A stretch of 59,763 nucleotides of DNA, filler included. It is 4 parts of 4 records of this genome, joined end to end, with 100 filler letters (N's around TTAATTAATTAA, not from the genome) between each part and the next. Parts side by side here need not be neighbours in the genome. Positions count along the whole stretch, not along the records: positions 41,145 to 59,763 come from SRR22947727_451; 3 more parts are not named here. One strand, written 5' to 3'. The notes beneath the pieces were generated by a model, which saw only the letters and a program-made list of their open reading frames with translations, did no database searches and was not told where the DNA came from. Of this stretch, positions 59,453 to 59,763 are shown piece by piece (the stretch's first letter is position 1; every line of letters begins with the position of its first letter). The position numbers were made by a program, and so were the translations under genes.

Positions 59453-59763
59453 TTATTTTTGCATCAAACTCTTCATTCTCTTATTCAGTCCCATAAGACG
59501 TAATTCACCCATTTTACTCATCACAGACGTGTAATCGGTTGTCTCTTTATTCTGGCTCAATTTTGATTTGGCTTCCAATCGTTTAATATGAAACTCAAGT
59601 CCTACAATGCCATCAAGCTTTGTCTTCATATAGTCTTTCGGTGCGTCTCGCATTTTCCATGCGCCATCCCCATTGACGCGCTTTTCGTGCAGTTGCGTCA
59701 GCAGTCCAACAGCCGCAATTTTTTCCTTATCGTTATGCTTAAAGTACAATTCACCGTGCATAT
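59453..59763 (-). CDS. PaiB-like FMN-binding protein, C-terminal part (continues beyond the window)
   Basis: HG.L, LT..HE, W...DAP.DY....L.GIVG.E..I..LEAK.KLSQN. Confidence 0.82.
   Translation of the reverse strand, partial: MHGELYFKHNDKEKIAAVGLLTQLHEKRVNGDGAWKMRDAPKDYMKTKLDGIVGLEFHIKRLEAKSKLSQNKETTDYTSVMSKMGELRLMGLNKRMKSLMQK

Overview
The window is not one replicon. It contains four contigs joined by identical artificial 100-nt spacers (N44-TTAATTAATTAA-N44 at 18874-18973, 28276-28375 and 41045-41144), and the contigs come from at least three organisms. Contig 1 (1-18873) looks verrucomicrobial. It carries a dcw cluster (rsmH-ftsL-ftsI-murE-murF-mraY-murD-LysM-ftsW) that stops before murG, a TPR-TlpA thioredoxin, and a four-gene prepilin-type 'Verru_Chthon' cassette (D-B-C-A) with a coupled fifth secreted protein. 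Contigs 2 and 3 (18974-28275, 28376-41044) are from an AT-rich alphaproteobacterium and hold mostly housekeeping genes (dapD, hisS, gshB, rsmI, lpoA-like, purA, thiD, folP, ftsH, tilS, tol-pal). Contig 4 (41145-59763) looks like Rhodobacteraceae: the tail of an AT-rich island (truncated H-NS-like protein and a methyltransferase with an in-frame TGA), ATPase-metA, a head-to-head pair of dimethylglycine-dehydrogenase-like genes, mocA-like, tupBCA, a GMC oxidoreductase, tRNA-Ser(CGA) and an internally deleted IS3-family element. The best candidates for undescribed elements are a 43-nt REP-like palindrome family with compensatory changes in contig 1, the functionally uncharacterised pilin-like cassette, a putative stand-alone sRNA between the MBL gene and hisS, and a switchable RNA structure upstream of a DMT transporter. 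Taxonomic and family calls come from motif recognition only; no database search was run.
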